A stretch of DNA of 50,757 nt, filler included, from Catajapyx aquilonaris (taxonomy: Eukaryota): assembly GCA_000934665.2 (NCBI GenBank). It is 3 parts of 3 records of this genome, joined end to end, with 100 filler letters (N's around TTAATTAATTAA, not from the genome) between each part and the next. Parts side by side here need not be neighbours in the genome. Positions count along the whole stretch, not along the records: positions 33,910 to 50,757 come from JYFJ02007091.1; 2 more parts are not named here. One strand, 5' to 3'. Below the pieces are notes generated by a model. The model ran no database searches. It worked only from the letters and a program-made list of their open reading frames with translations, and was not told the origin of the DNA. Positions 38,087 through 49,055 of this stretch are shown in pieces; position 1 is the stretch's first letter; each line of letters opens with the position of its first letter. A program made the position numbers and the translations under genes.

Positions 38087-40014
38087 TATACGAAAACACA
38101 ACCTATTTAGAAAGAGTCATGTCTCGTTGTTAATAAAATGTGGGTTAAGTTCATTATAAGAGTCCCACATCACCTAAAAAACGGGCCTATCCCTACCCCC
38201 ACCGGACCACATTACTAGATACTTCCACGCAAGCAATTATCATTCATTTACTTTGCTGGACGAGTGTGCTGGATGCGCACATTGCATCTTGGTTAGAATT
38301 TTGTTTTCTGCAACTTCAGACCTGGCAAGGTAAGTTCACTGGCATTTACTCTCTAAAAGTAGCATTGTATAATATTATAGAAAATTTTCAAAACATTGCC
38401 TCAGGAATCCCTCGTAAGTGTTGCGCCACGCTGCATTATTTGACACTTTTACTATATTTTACCGCATTTTACCCACCTCATACCACATGTACACAAAAGT
38501 AGGACATATGGGCTATTCAAAAATGCAATAAAATTTTGCGGAAGTTTGCGCAACTGCATAGACCTTACTCGTTTTCAGAATGTGCCCCCGCATTCACGTA
38601 GTTTGTTTTGGGGACATAATATTTGTGCGTAGCATTAATTACAGTCAGAAGCAAGAGTTAATCATGTAAAATAATTAGCCTACATAAATGTGCAATTTTA
38701 TTAGCCATGATTTCACATAATTACAAAACTGATACGGTCCAATATGATTATAACTCTTGCTTCTTCATCATCATGGTAATGATGATGATGATGATGAAGA
38801 AGAAGAAGAAGCAAGAGTTATAATCATATTGCACCGTATCAGTTTTGTAATTACTGTATGTGAAATCATGGCTAATAAAATAGCACAATTATGTAGGCTA
38901 ATTATTTTAAATGTGATTACTATAAATGCCTATAAAGGCATTACAAACCGTTTCTCTTGTGCAGTATTATTCATAAAAACCCATTTAAAAATATTCCCGC
39001 ACATAGTCTTCCACACAGGAATAAAATCCCGCTGGATTGCCTAAATGTCACACTGTGCACTGGTTGGAAACCACGGTGTTAATGGTTTACTCAGCAGATC
39101 AGCACGATTAATACGAGAAAGCCAAAGTTACCCCAAAGTACTCTCCTTTGGCTTGACAACTCCTTCGTCCTATCCAATTGATGTTAATTTATCACTGGAT
39201 GCCGGTCATAAAATGCAACCTTATCTGTCCAGTTTCTCCCATATCTCTCAGAGCAACCCACAATCCCACAAAAAAACATATCTGCACTGTGAAATGCCTA
39301 CAATACGCTCAAATATTCACGTTAGCTAGCTACGGCAATGGGCAGGTAACAGTCTTATTTCTACAATATGGCCGCCACCCGCTGGTGACGTCACGCCGAT
39401 ACCACCTACAGGTACAGACACTTACAGAAAAGTCTCAGCCCACTCAGCTAAAAAAAACTTTTTTTCGTATGTCCATTTAAATTGACTCTTGGTCTCAGAA
39501 AGAAAAGAAAATTACCAGTTCTCTACAGCAACAAAGATTGTCACAGACACATCTTTTTGTATTCCCTAATACGCATTCCTTGCGAATCCCAGGGCATTCA
39601 CTGCATTGACGAAAATTTGTACTCTAAATATGAAGAAAAAAATAAAACTTATCAGATGAGCGCCTAGCTTCAGCAACGGCATCCACCATTTTCATGAGTG
39701 ATTTAATTTTCGCGGCCAAAGTCAGATAGTCAACACTAGGTGGCTACACATATTGAGGCCAGATTGTAATCATGGGATACCAACAGATTAGACGCCAAAT
39801 TTTTTTTTACTGATGTCCAATATATTGGACATCAGGAGGTTATGGACAGAATGCATGCCTTTTTCGACCCTACCAGGAGCAAAAAAATGTCCCAAGAAAA
39901 TAGAATTTGTGCCACTAAAACACACCAATTGTTCACTGGAAATGTATTGATTTGTTTGACTAGCACCATGCCAACCAGATTCAAGTGACAAGCCATAGAA
40001 ACTGCATATATTAA

Positions 40015-40521
40015 GGGGGCGCATTAGTAAAAAAATACGGGAACAATCGGTAACAATGCGAGCCCTTGGCGACCACGTAAACAAACTTGCGTATGCATGG
40101 ACAGCATATGGGGATTCGACATGTCTACGCTTCTGCGGCCGTACGGGCGCAAAAATGGAGCAATGAACACAAAAATTACACCAAAAAATAGGACATGATC
40201 TGGCGCAGGGCACCTTCGTCGTCATTTTACCATTTTTGGCCTAGAAGTGACCTTTTCATCAAGTTGAAGTGAAAAGAAAATGGCGTACCTGAAAAGCCCA
40301 TTTGAATAACATGGCGGCAGGAACGCGACAAAATCAGGAACGCTTCTGCGCCCGTAGGTCCACAATTTTAATGCAATCATATAGAGTATGGTACCATAGT
40401 AAAGGCCAAACCTTTGCGCAGAGCACCTTCGTCGTGATTTTTCCGATTAACGGTCCGTTTCACCACAAAATATAAAATTTCCTCAAAAATGCGCCTACCG
40501 TATTTTTACTAATCCGCCCCC
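40015..40521. mobile_element. Kolobok-type MITE, family B, copy 2
   Basis: TTAA-flanked and collinear with 9481-9987. Confidence 0.8.
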
Positions 40522-40643
40522 TTAACTCAATTATAATCAGCATTAAATCTGATGTACAATAAAAATTAATTAACTCGCCAATTATTTGCACAAAATTAGC
40601 TAAACATGTATCAAAAGTTTTACGCTGACACTGAACCAGAGTA

Positions 40644-40992
40644 GCCTACTTGTTTTTAAAAAAAATTAACCCCATGATAGAGAACATTGCTCTTTTTGTG
40701 GGGTGGAACACCACCATTTTTGAGCAATTTTCTAATTTTTCTTCGACACCGGTCCAGGGAAGAAGGGAAATGGGGTAAGGGTGGGGATTTTGGGGAGAAG
40801 ACACAGGTGCAAGTGCAATGTCGGAAAACGGGCCATGTGCAGTCTCCCTGAAGGTAGGCTGCCAGACACCTACAAGGCGCGGGTCAGAGACCCTCCTAAT
40901 ATCAGGTGAAAGGGAACTCCTGGGCGGGGATTGAACCCAGGACCTTTCACTCAGCAAGCCGAGTCGTTGCCGACTCGGTCACCACGCCTCCC
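40644..40992 (-). mobile_element. tRNA-derived SINE, family S1, copy 2
   Basis: Homologous to 13523-13866; 9-bp TSD ACCAGAGTA at 40635-40643 and 40993-41001. Confidence 0.85.
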
Positions 40993-41124
40993 ACCAGAGT
41001 ACATAATTAAAATTATATGGGCACTTTAAATGCCCTAGGTTGTTTACATTTCAATAGGTGCTAAATCATGGCCTTCCAGTGGGCATGGCCATCTTTGATT
41101 GAGCTGTGATTGACTAATTAGATA

Positions 41125-42217
41125 CAGAAAAACTTCTATAAGTCGAACTTCCCTAAGTCGAAGTTCTCTATAAGTCGAAGAAAATGATGAGCTTGGTTGG
41201 TCACAATGTAAAATAATAGGAAATAAACTTCCCTAACTCGAATTTCTATAACTCGAAGTGCAGGCAGGGCCTTACGATGGGATATCAATGCATTTTCAGT
41301 CTCCCTAAGTCCAAGTTCATGTTGGCGAGTACGAGTAAGAAAATTTTCTCATTTCCCAGCTGAAGGGTCCAGAATGGGCGACATGTACAGAAAGGCTCAA
41401 TTTCCTGATCTCCGTCTACCAGACGTACCGAAAGAAGTGCTTGACTCGATTATGACAATTGAATCCTTGAATCTAAAGGCCCCTGCACACTAGAGTTGCT
41501 GGGTACGCACTGCTCCCGTTCATTTCATTGTCGCTGTCGCTCCGTTTCATTGCCGTGTTCACACTCAAGCCACTCAAGCCACACTGTCGCAAGCCAGGGT
41601 GGGAAGCCACCACCCCTCACCCCCAGCACCCTTTCTCCAACCCCAATCTCCCCCCCAGAACCTGTTTGGCATGTCTTCTACCCTATACCCAACCACGTGT
41701 TGTCAATCTCCTGGCCTGCCTGAGTCAATGAATACTTCCAACTGTGCTCGCCAGAGGAACCTCAGTGGCCCTGCACACCAGTCGACCCCACCCCTTGGTG
41801 ACGTCTTGGCTCTCCATTGGCTCCTTCCCGCGTAGAGCGTGTGAGCACAGCGAAAAAATAGAAAAATTTCTATTCTGAGCGGCGCGTACCAGCGTAAAGC
41901 TGAGCGGAGCAAACAGGGCTGTGATTGGTTGCCACTAGCGGAGCGGGAGCAGTGCGTAGCCAGCAACTCTAGTGTGCACGGGCCTTAAGAGTCTTAGGCA
42001 AATGTCCATTTTTTTACAACAAATCAATGAGGAACATTGTAAATGTGATAGTGACAGTTATTTTAAAGTTTTGAACACCTTTCACCATTGGATATAAAGG
42101 TAGGCTTCCTTATAGAGTTCTGTGCTTTTAATAATCCAAACTTCTCTAACTTGAATCTTCTATAACTCGAAGTATTTTTCCAGTCCCATGGAGATTCGAC
42201 TTATAGAAGTTTTACTG
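41125..42217. mobile_element. pogo/Tigger-like MITE
   Basis: TA|CAGAAAAACTTCTATAAGTCGAA ... TTCGACTTATAGAAGTTTTACTG|TA, with subterminal ctataa(g/c)tcgaa repeats. Confidence 0.8.
41477..41985. mobile_element. PIF/Harbinger-type MITE nested in the pogo-like MITE
   Basis: TAA|AGGCCCCTGCACACTAGAGTTGCTGG ... CCAGCAACTCTAGTGTGCACGGGCCT|TAA. Confidence 0.8.
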
Positions 42218-42332
42218 TATTTAACCCACTACGTCTTGGTGAAATGCAATCAGCAGGCTAAGTGGTACAAAACTAAAGGTAGCTCTTAACAAACAGTTAA
42301 AATCTCTGATGGAACTGGGCATCAGACGAGCA

Positions 42333-42940
42333 GGTACTATGGGGCTCAAATAATTGGATTGGCCACTTTATTTTTTTTATTTGTTTTACCCCGTGATAGG
42401 CCTACATAGTGGGTGGTACACCACCATCAATTTTCATGTATTTTTTCTTTCCTCCAGAGCAAGGGGACAGGATAGGGATAATGAGGGGGGGGGGGGNCTT
42501 GTGCAGGTGCTATGTCTCAAGTTGGGGGTCGTGTGCAGGCCCCCAGGGGGTCAGATTACAAGACAACCCCTAGGTGCGGGTCAGAAACCCCCACCGACAC
42601 CGCACCTCCTCATGGACGGGACAAGAATAGGAAAGGAAGGAAGCGGCTGTGGCCTACTATTTAGGAAGCAATCCCGGAATTCTCCTGGGGGGGACCGTGA
42701 GAAACCACAGAAAACCACGGTTAGGATTGCCGACCCCGGGACTCGAACCCAGGATCTCCCGACTAGCAGTCGAACACCTTATCCACTCTTCCAAACTGCT
42801 TCGGTTTTTGGCCACTTTATCCTGGTCTTGAAGCAACCCTTCACACACACACACACACACCTGCTCAATGTGGGGCCTGTGCGAAGGGTTGCTTCAAGAC
42901 CAGGATAAAGTGGCCAAAACAATTTGAGTCCCATAGTACC
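42333..42940. mobile_element. Short palindromic MITE interrupted by a SINE
   Basis: ggtactatggggctcaaa ... tttgagtcccatagtacc; same family as 25024-25170. Confidence 0.75.
42371..42807 (-). mobile_element. Composite tRNA-derived SINE (S2 head + S1-like 3' module)
   Basis: 12-bp TSD TTGGCCACTTTA at 42359-42370 and 42808-42819; B box GGGTTCGAGTCCC; A-rich tail. Confidence 0.8.
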
Positions 42941-42966
42941 TTGATCATAAGACATCAAAAACTTAC

Positions 42967-43016
42967 GCTTATCCACTGTAACATTGGTGTCATTCTTCAA
43001 TTCCTTGCGTTGTTCC
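42967..43016 (-). CDS. Usp8: Ubiquitin-specific protease 8 exon (REQRKELKNDTNVTVDK)
   Basis: ttttgtag| acceptor in phase 2, matching the upstream donor; C|gtaagt donor. Confidence 0.7.
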
Positions 43017-43071
43017 CTACAAAAATAAATCACATGTACAGGGCTTTCAAAAACACCTCTGAATTCCTTAC

Positions 43072-43274
43072 CTTTCTTTCTCTTTTTCAAGACGCTCCAA
43101 TCGCAATTGTGCAACCTTTGCTTCTAAGAGCTTCTTCTCCTCCTCTTTAGATCGAAGCAGTTCTAGTTTTCTCAAATCCTCCTGTGCAGCTACCTTTACT
43201 TCTTCTGTCTCCACTTCTTTTATGGAATTGATTGCTGCCTGTAAGCGTGCCCAGAGGCGCGAATTTTCTTCATC
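43072..43274 (-). CDS. Usp8: Usp8 coiled-coil exon
   Basis: ttgcag|GAT...AG|gtaagg; E/K-rich DEENSRLWARLQ...LERLEKEKE. Confidence 0.75.
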
Positions 43275-43332
43275 CTGCAACAAAAAGCAAATTGAAATTC
43301 CAAAATAGATTCAGAGGTTTTTTTCCTCCAAC

Positions 43333-43638
43333 CTTCAGTCGCTTGTCTGCCTCAAGTTTGGCAATGACAGAGAGCCAATGTTCCTCCCGATTTTCATATT
43401 TCTCCTTCAGGGATAGCTCCGCTGTTTGCTCCTTCTTGTCACGAACATCCTCAATCTCTTGTTCTGCTTGCAATATATCCTTTCCCACATTGATTGATAA
43501 ATCAATCTGCATCTCACTGTCACTTATAATTTTTTCGATTTCATTGGACTTTTCTTGGTAATGAATCACTGCCTTGATCTTAGATGCTCTGTCAACAACA
43601 GGTAGTTCTGGCACCTTCTTGTCACGAACATCTTGTTG
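43333..43638 (-). CDS. Usp8: Usp8 exon (P-x-VDRASK motif + coiled coil)
   Basis: tgtttag|CAA...AAG|gttgga; LPVVDRASK resembles the USP8 Px(V/I)(D/N)RxxK(P) SH3-binding motif. Confidence 0.78.
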
Positions 43639-44009
43639 CTAAACAGAAGTACCTTAATAGTAACTAATTAATAAGTGTCATGCATCACTAATAAAAGCAT
43701 ATCTCCCTACAAATGCTTCTTTTCCTGCAATTCACAAATTAATGCCCTGTGTGAAGTTATCTTTCCCTTCTACTACACTTTCATGCTTGAATGCAGATCA
43801 AGACGGATGATTACATCAATGACACAGACATCATATTCCGATCAACCCCTCGTAAATGTCCACCATTAAACACTGGCAGTATTAATTATCTCCATGTCTG
43901 ACTTACATTCACCTAAAGACATAGCAAATTTTTAATGCTACAAGAACATGGGTGGCATTTGTTACTTGTTGATTTTGGGAGGAGTCAGGAAAAACGTTGG
44001 GATATTGTA

Positions 44010-44721
44010 CAGGGTCATTGAAAAAGCATGTCCCAATGTTAAAACCTTGTAACTTGAAAACTTGCAGACACATCTTAATGATTTAAGCTTTGAAGTGCTA
44101 CAAAATGTCTAAAGTTTTGGTCTCACCTTAGTTTGTTTCGATATGAGCTTCATTTTTTTGCCCAGCAAATAAAAAAGACGGTATTCTGTCTTGAGCCAAA
44201 CCTGCTCAGTGATATCTGGAGTTACCTTTGTGATCCTATTCTGTAGGTGCTGGAGATGATGGATCTTTACACCACACACATTGTTCTTAATGATGCACAT
44301 AAAATGTCGCCTCATGCATGAAATAATCCTGCCGTAGGAAAGTTTCATTTGTTCAGCCCCCCAGTGTGCGAAGTCTTGAATGAAAAGTTTCCCCATGCCT
44401 AGCACCCCGAGAAGCCCAGATCTGACCCAAATTGACTTTTTTTTGTGGAGACACATGTATGGTGAAAAGATCCGCCATCTCCAGCACCTATGGGATAGAA
44501 TCACAATGGTGACTTCAGACATGTCTGATTGGGTTAGGCATGAACCGGTTACCGTATTTATATTTTTCAAGCAGCAAATGGAGTTTACATCAAAACAAAC
44601 TTAGGTGAGACCAAAACTTATGACATTTCTTCGCATTTCAAATTTTAAATCATTAAGATATGTCTACAAGTTTTCAAGTTATATGGTTTTAAAAGTGGGA
44701 CATTCTTTTTCAACGACCCTG
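44010..44721. mobile_element. Tc1/mariner-superfamily (rosa/maT-like) foldback derivative
   Basis: TA|CAGGGTCATTGAAAAAG ... CTTTTTCAACGACCCTG|TA; internal PRSPDLTQIDFFLW transposase motif; both arms carry the C-terminal (IHHLQHL..RIT) coding remnant. Confidence 0.8.
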
Positions 44722-45565
44722 TACTTATTTGTATGGGACAAAAGTTGATTAATGATTACAAGCTTGAGAGTCAATGCATTCCAACAGGTGCACTGAGAAT
44801 AGATTCATCTTCAGTAATTTCTGTGTAATCAATTGTCCATACAACCTACATCAAAAACAGTGTCTGGTGGTGCCTGATATGTGTCATTTCCCTGGAAAAA
44901 TTCCAGGGGCCCTGCCGGAGGCCACGAAAAAATCCCTACAAGCAAGGCTCATTCCATCAACTCCATAGGCATGGACCACCTGAGGTGTGGTGCTTGTATG
45001 CTCAGGTGGTGGTCTCCCATAACTAATTATTTAATTATTTCAAATCAAAAATCAATCTTTGTTCTTGCTATGATTCCCTTAAATCAAATTTGCTACCGAC
45101 AAATATCATTCAAAATATTTAACACTCACAGGACTGCCCCTTTTGCTCCAGGGGTCAGTCAAGAGAAAGCTGCCTGCTTTTGATTATTATTGACATGTAA
45201 TGGCTCCATATTTGTGGTTGGGGCTGATCTGCATTTCAATGACAGTGAAGGTCACATCATAAATTAACTCTCTTGATGCAGCATTAATTAGAAGAGTGCA
45301 ACTGGAGCAATACAAGAAAAGCAGAATTTTCACCTTCTTCTTTGCCTTTTCTTTGTGCAACCTTCCCTGAAACATACACCACCAGCCACGTCATTAATGT
45401 GAGTATTTTTACTTTGAAACATGAAGGACCATGGATGGTGCAGAAAAAACAAAGACATCACCCTAGCTGACCACTCTCAGCAATGCCTGCATTGCCACCC
45501 TGAGAGGGGATGCTGGCTTCCTCTACAAGGGTTTTTCATCATGAAGTATGCAGTTAATGACAATA

Positions 45566-46306
45566 CAGGGTGGGGCAAAAGTCATGGGCTGGTTTAAACG
45601 ACGCAGCATGGCGTAAGTAAGTAACGATTATATTTTTTTAAAAAAATCACTACACACAGAGAGATATGCCATTTATGGATCAAGGTCCAAAAAGGTCACT
45701 TCTTGAAAACAACACCGGATAGATGTCCACCTTTGCGGGCAACACATATTCCTCCAAACCCCGGAAGAAACCCTTCATAACGCGCTCCAGCATGTCCAGG
45801 GAAATGTTTCTCAAGGTGTGTCTTATCTGATCCTTAAGATCAGCCAATGACTGAGGACGTGTGGCAAATACCGGACAAATTAAAAGTCACGTGTTTCCTG
45901 GGAGGGTCATTTCGAGATTTGGGGACATCCCTTGGCCGTCGTGGTCGCCGGATTTGACCACCTCCGACTTCTTCTTGTGGGGGTACATGAGGAGTTTGGT
46001 GTTCGCCACACGTCCTCAGTCATTGGCTGATCTTAAGGATCAGATAAGACACGCCGTGAGAAACATTTCCCTGGACATGCTGGAGCGCTTTGTTATGAAG
46101 GGTTTCTTCCGGCATTTGGAGGAATATGTGTTGCCTGCAAAGGTGGACATCTATCCGGTGTTGTTTTCAAGAAGTGACTTTTTTGGACCTTGATCCATAA
46201 ATGGCATATCTTTCTCTGTGTAGTGTAATTTAAAAAAAATATCATCGTTCGTTACTTACGCCATGCTGCGTCATTTAAACTAGCCCATGACTTTTGCCCC
46301 ACCCTG
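45566..46306. mobile_element. Tc1/mariner-superfamily (rosa/maT-like) foldback derivative with ~300-bp arms
   Basis: TA|CAGGGTGGGGCAAAAGTCATGGGCT ... AGCCCATGACTTTTGCCCCACCCTG|TA; the spacer encodes GRVISRFGDIPWPSWSPDLTTSDFFLWGYM. Confidence 0.85.
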
Positions 46307-46660
46307 TACACTTTATTTGAAACTAAAACCAGCCCAATGGTGGTCACTTTTGGGTAAGATATATTGAGGTGATTTGGAGGTACCCTGCATGGCAACTGTT
46401 GGTAAGTCAATCCCAGCAAAAAAAAAAATCCCAGGAGATTTCTTCCAGGAGGAGCAAAACTGCTGGTATTGGCAAAATTTCGTTAAACTTAGTTTTGACC
46501 ATGTTTGTACTTTGAAAATCGCTATTTTTTTTTCCTCTCATAAGTACAACCAAAAAGGTAATACAAAAACCATGTCACTTTGTGCCAAACAGATTTAGGC
46601 CAGCTATAATAATTTTTTAAATTACACAAACATATGTTACTCCCGTCCTTTAAGTGTTAA

Positions 46661-47138
46661 AGGGACACTCCACTCAAAATACAAGTTGGGTTCTAAAAAT
46701 CGGGCAAAAAATCCTGATTCCGAGGGTATAAGCAGTTTTTCTTAGAGACGAACGGTAAGGCCAGTGTGAAAGCTGGAAGTGTGTCGTTCGAAAACCGCGC
46801 GCGGGGCGGTGGGCAACGCCACCAGAGTGGAGCCGGGCGGAACTTGAGAAAGTGATGTCGCGGCCAGGGTCCCCTACATGGTTGCCTCCCCCACCCTAAC
46901 TGTCTAACTGTCTAGGTGGGGGAGGCACTCATGTAGGTGACCCTGGGCGCGTCTTCTTCCCTACTTCTCCGGTTTGCCGCGAGATGCTGTTGTATCGCCC
47001 TTCTTAGCAGACGACATGTGTAGATATATTATTTTCCGTGTTACCGTTGGGCGTAGGAAAAACCCGATCGCACATTCGGAATCGGGATTCTTTGCCCGAT
47101 TTTTGGGGGCCAACTTGTATTTTGAGTGGAGTGTCCCT
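46661..47138. mobile_element. Kolobok-type MITE, family A, copy 2
   Basis: TTAA-flanked; nearly identical to 276-690 apart from the core at about 46845-46960. Confidence 0.8.
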
Positions 47139-47403
47139 TTAAGTCATTTCGGTTAACGTAAGGCACTATAATTGGCTGATCATCAGTGCCAACTATTCTT
47201 GATAAGACGCCATTCACACATAAACTGCAATAAATTTCCCCTATGACAATAATCTTGCTTCTCTGCAGGTTCATATGGTCTACTAGATAATTAAACATGG
47301 TCAGTAGTTTCCAATTCCAATGAGCAGGTAACTTCCTCTAGTGCGAGACATCAAAAAATGTTATCCAAATCAACCAAGAAGCTGACTCGGAAAGCAAATA
47401 TAC

Positions 47404-47543
47404 CTGGCTTGATATATCTTGAGCATGTGGCATGTTGAAAGGTTTCTTAGATCGATCCACGTGGGGAGTTACAGCGACATCTATGGCCATAGGTGTCACC
47501 TCTGCATTTGCCAATGGCTCATCCAAATTTGGATATTCAATTT
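47404..47543 (-). CDS. Usp8: Usp8 exon (IEYPNLDE...PHVDRSKKP)
   Basis: gttgtag| acceptor (phase 1), CAG|gtatat donor; PHVDRSKKP corresponds to human USP8 PQIDRTKKP. Confidence 0.85.
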
Positions 47544-47618
47544 CTACAACCAATGATAAAATTAGGATGCAATATTTAAATTTTTTTTTAAAGGAAACAA
47601 CCAAACAGTGACACTCAC

Positions 47619-47766
47619 CCTCAAGCATGACATCATCCAAAAGTTCAGGTTCTTCAGGTGGTAGAAGAACAGGGTTCGTGGTTGCCATGGGATATGTGTA
47701 AACCCACTTGTCAAAGCCTCCAATGAGAACCTGCAGCAACACTCTATGAGGTGTACCTGGATCAAA
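47619..47766 (-). CDS. Usp8: Usp8 rhodanese-domain exon
   Basis: ttccag|TTT...G|gtgagt; VLIGGFDKWVYTYPMATTNP corresponds to USP8 VLEGGYENWLLCYPQYTTN. Confidence 0.88.
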
Positions 47767-47820
47767 CTGGAACAACATGTTGGTGAGAGAACATAATTTA
47801 TGGCACTTGTGAAAACTTAC

Positions 47821-47980
47821 CCGCTTCAAGATGTTATGGACGATGAAAAGTGGGTTAGTCTCAACCTTCTTTACAGATGTAGACTGATCCATTAATATCA
47901 CAAAATCCACATCCTTCCTCCGTTCCCACAGTTGACTATCATGCTCTTGTAAAAGCCTTCTGATGCCATCAGCACTCAAC
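47821..47980 (-). CDS. Usp8: Usp8 rhodanese-domain exon
   Basis: cttctag|G...CGG|gtaagt; LWERRKDVDFVILMDQSTS corresponds to USP8 TWKKRGNVEYVVLLDWFSS. Confidence 0.85.
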
Positions 47981-49055
47981 CTAGAAGCAATGAATGAGTC
48001 ATCTTCATTCTCAAGCAAAAATACTTCAGAGTCACATCATGACAGAGTGGTATGAGCAAAGCTTTTCATTTGCACTTGGTAAAAAATATTTAAAAAATAA
48101 AGATCATTCTCAAGACCTCAAGATTCCCAAGATGATTCTCAATAAAATGCATCCTTGCAGAGGGTGTTTCTCACTGATACGTCATCTGGTCAGCAGTGTA
48201 CCCATTGGCCTTGTCAAAAATGTAGTGGAGAGAAATGTCAGGGAATGCAAACAATAATGAGGTAGACAACCTTACACATGCCCCTAGACACATGCATATT
48301 GTGGCAACACATCTTTTTGAAGAACGATCACCTGCATACCTACAGTGGTTGCCTAGGGAGCAGGCTACAAGCATGAAAATAATTAACGTGAAGAGGCAAC
48401 CTAGCAAAATCCCATCAGTAAATATTATCATGCTCATATCCTGTCCCCTAGGTAACCACTGCAAGTACGCAAGTCCCCCTGCAAGGTGATCTCCCTAGAA
48501 AAAGATGCCGTGTGTGTCTAGGGCCAGGCCAATGTGTCTGGTCATCTACCTCATTACCCTGTTGGTCCCTTGACATTTCTCTCCCCTACACTTTTGATTT
48601 GTTTTGGGCCAACAAGTACACTGCCATCTGGAACCAGCATTTGTAGTAAGAAACACTCTCAACCTTCCTGCAGCTGGACAATGCCTTAAATGGAACAATT
48701 GTACTTCACAATCCACTAGACTGTTCCAACCTCAACTTCCTTTCAGGTGTCTAATGGATTCTCCCACTATAGAGGAAGCTTTCCTGAAGTGGTTGAGCTT
48801 CCTTCGTCTGTGATTTACTCGTATCTGCACAACTACAAGAAATATTTTACTCTCCCACACGGAACAATTAATGCATTAACTGCTGGTAATGCACTTAGTT
48901 TATTTTTTCTTCCATGCCCCCAAGAGCCTCTAATTCGATACATTTTCTCAACCTGAATAAAATATTGATATTTCAATATGTACCAAGGCTTAGAATCAAT
49001 TCATTTCTTGTTTACAACACCTTAGGTAATGTAAAAATGATTTACTTTCATATAA

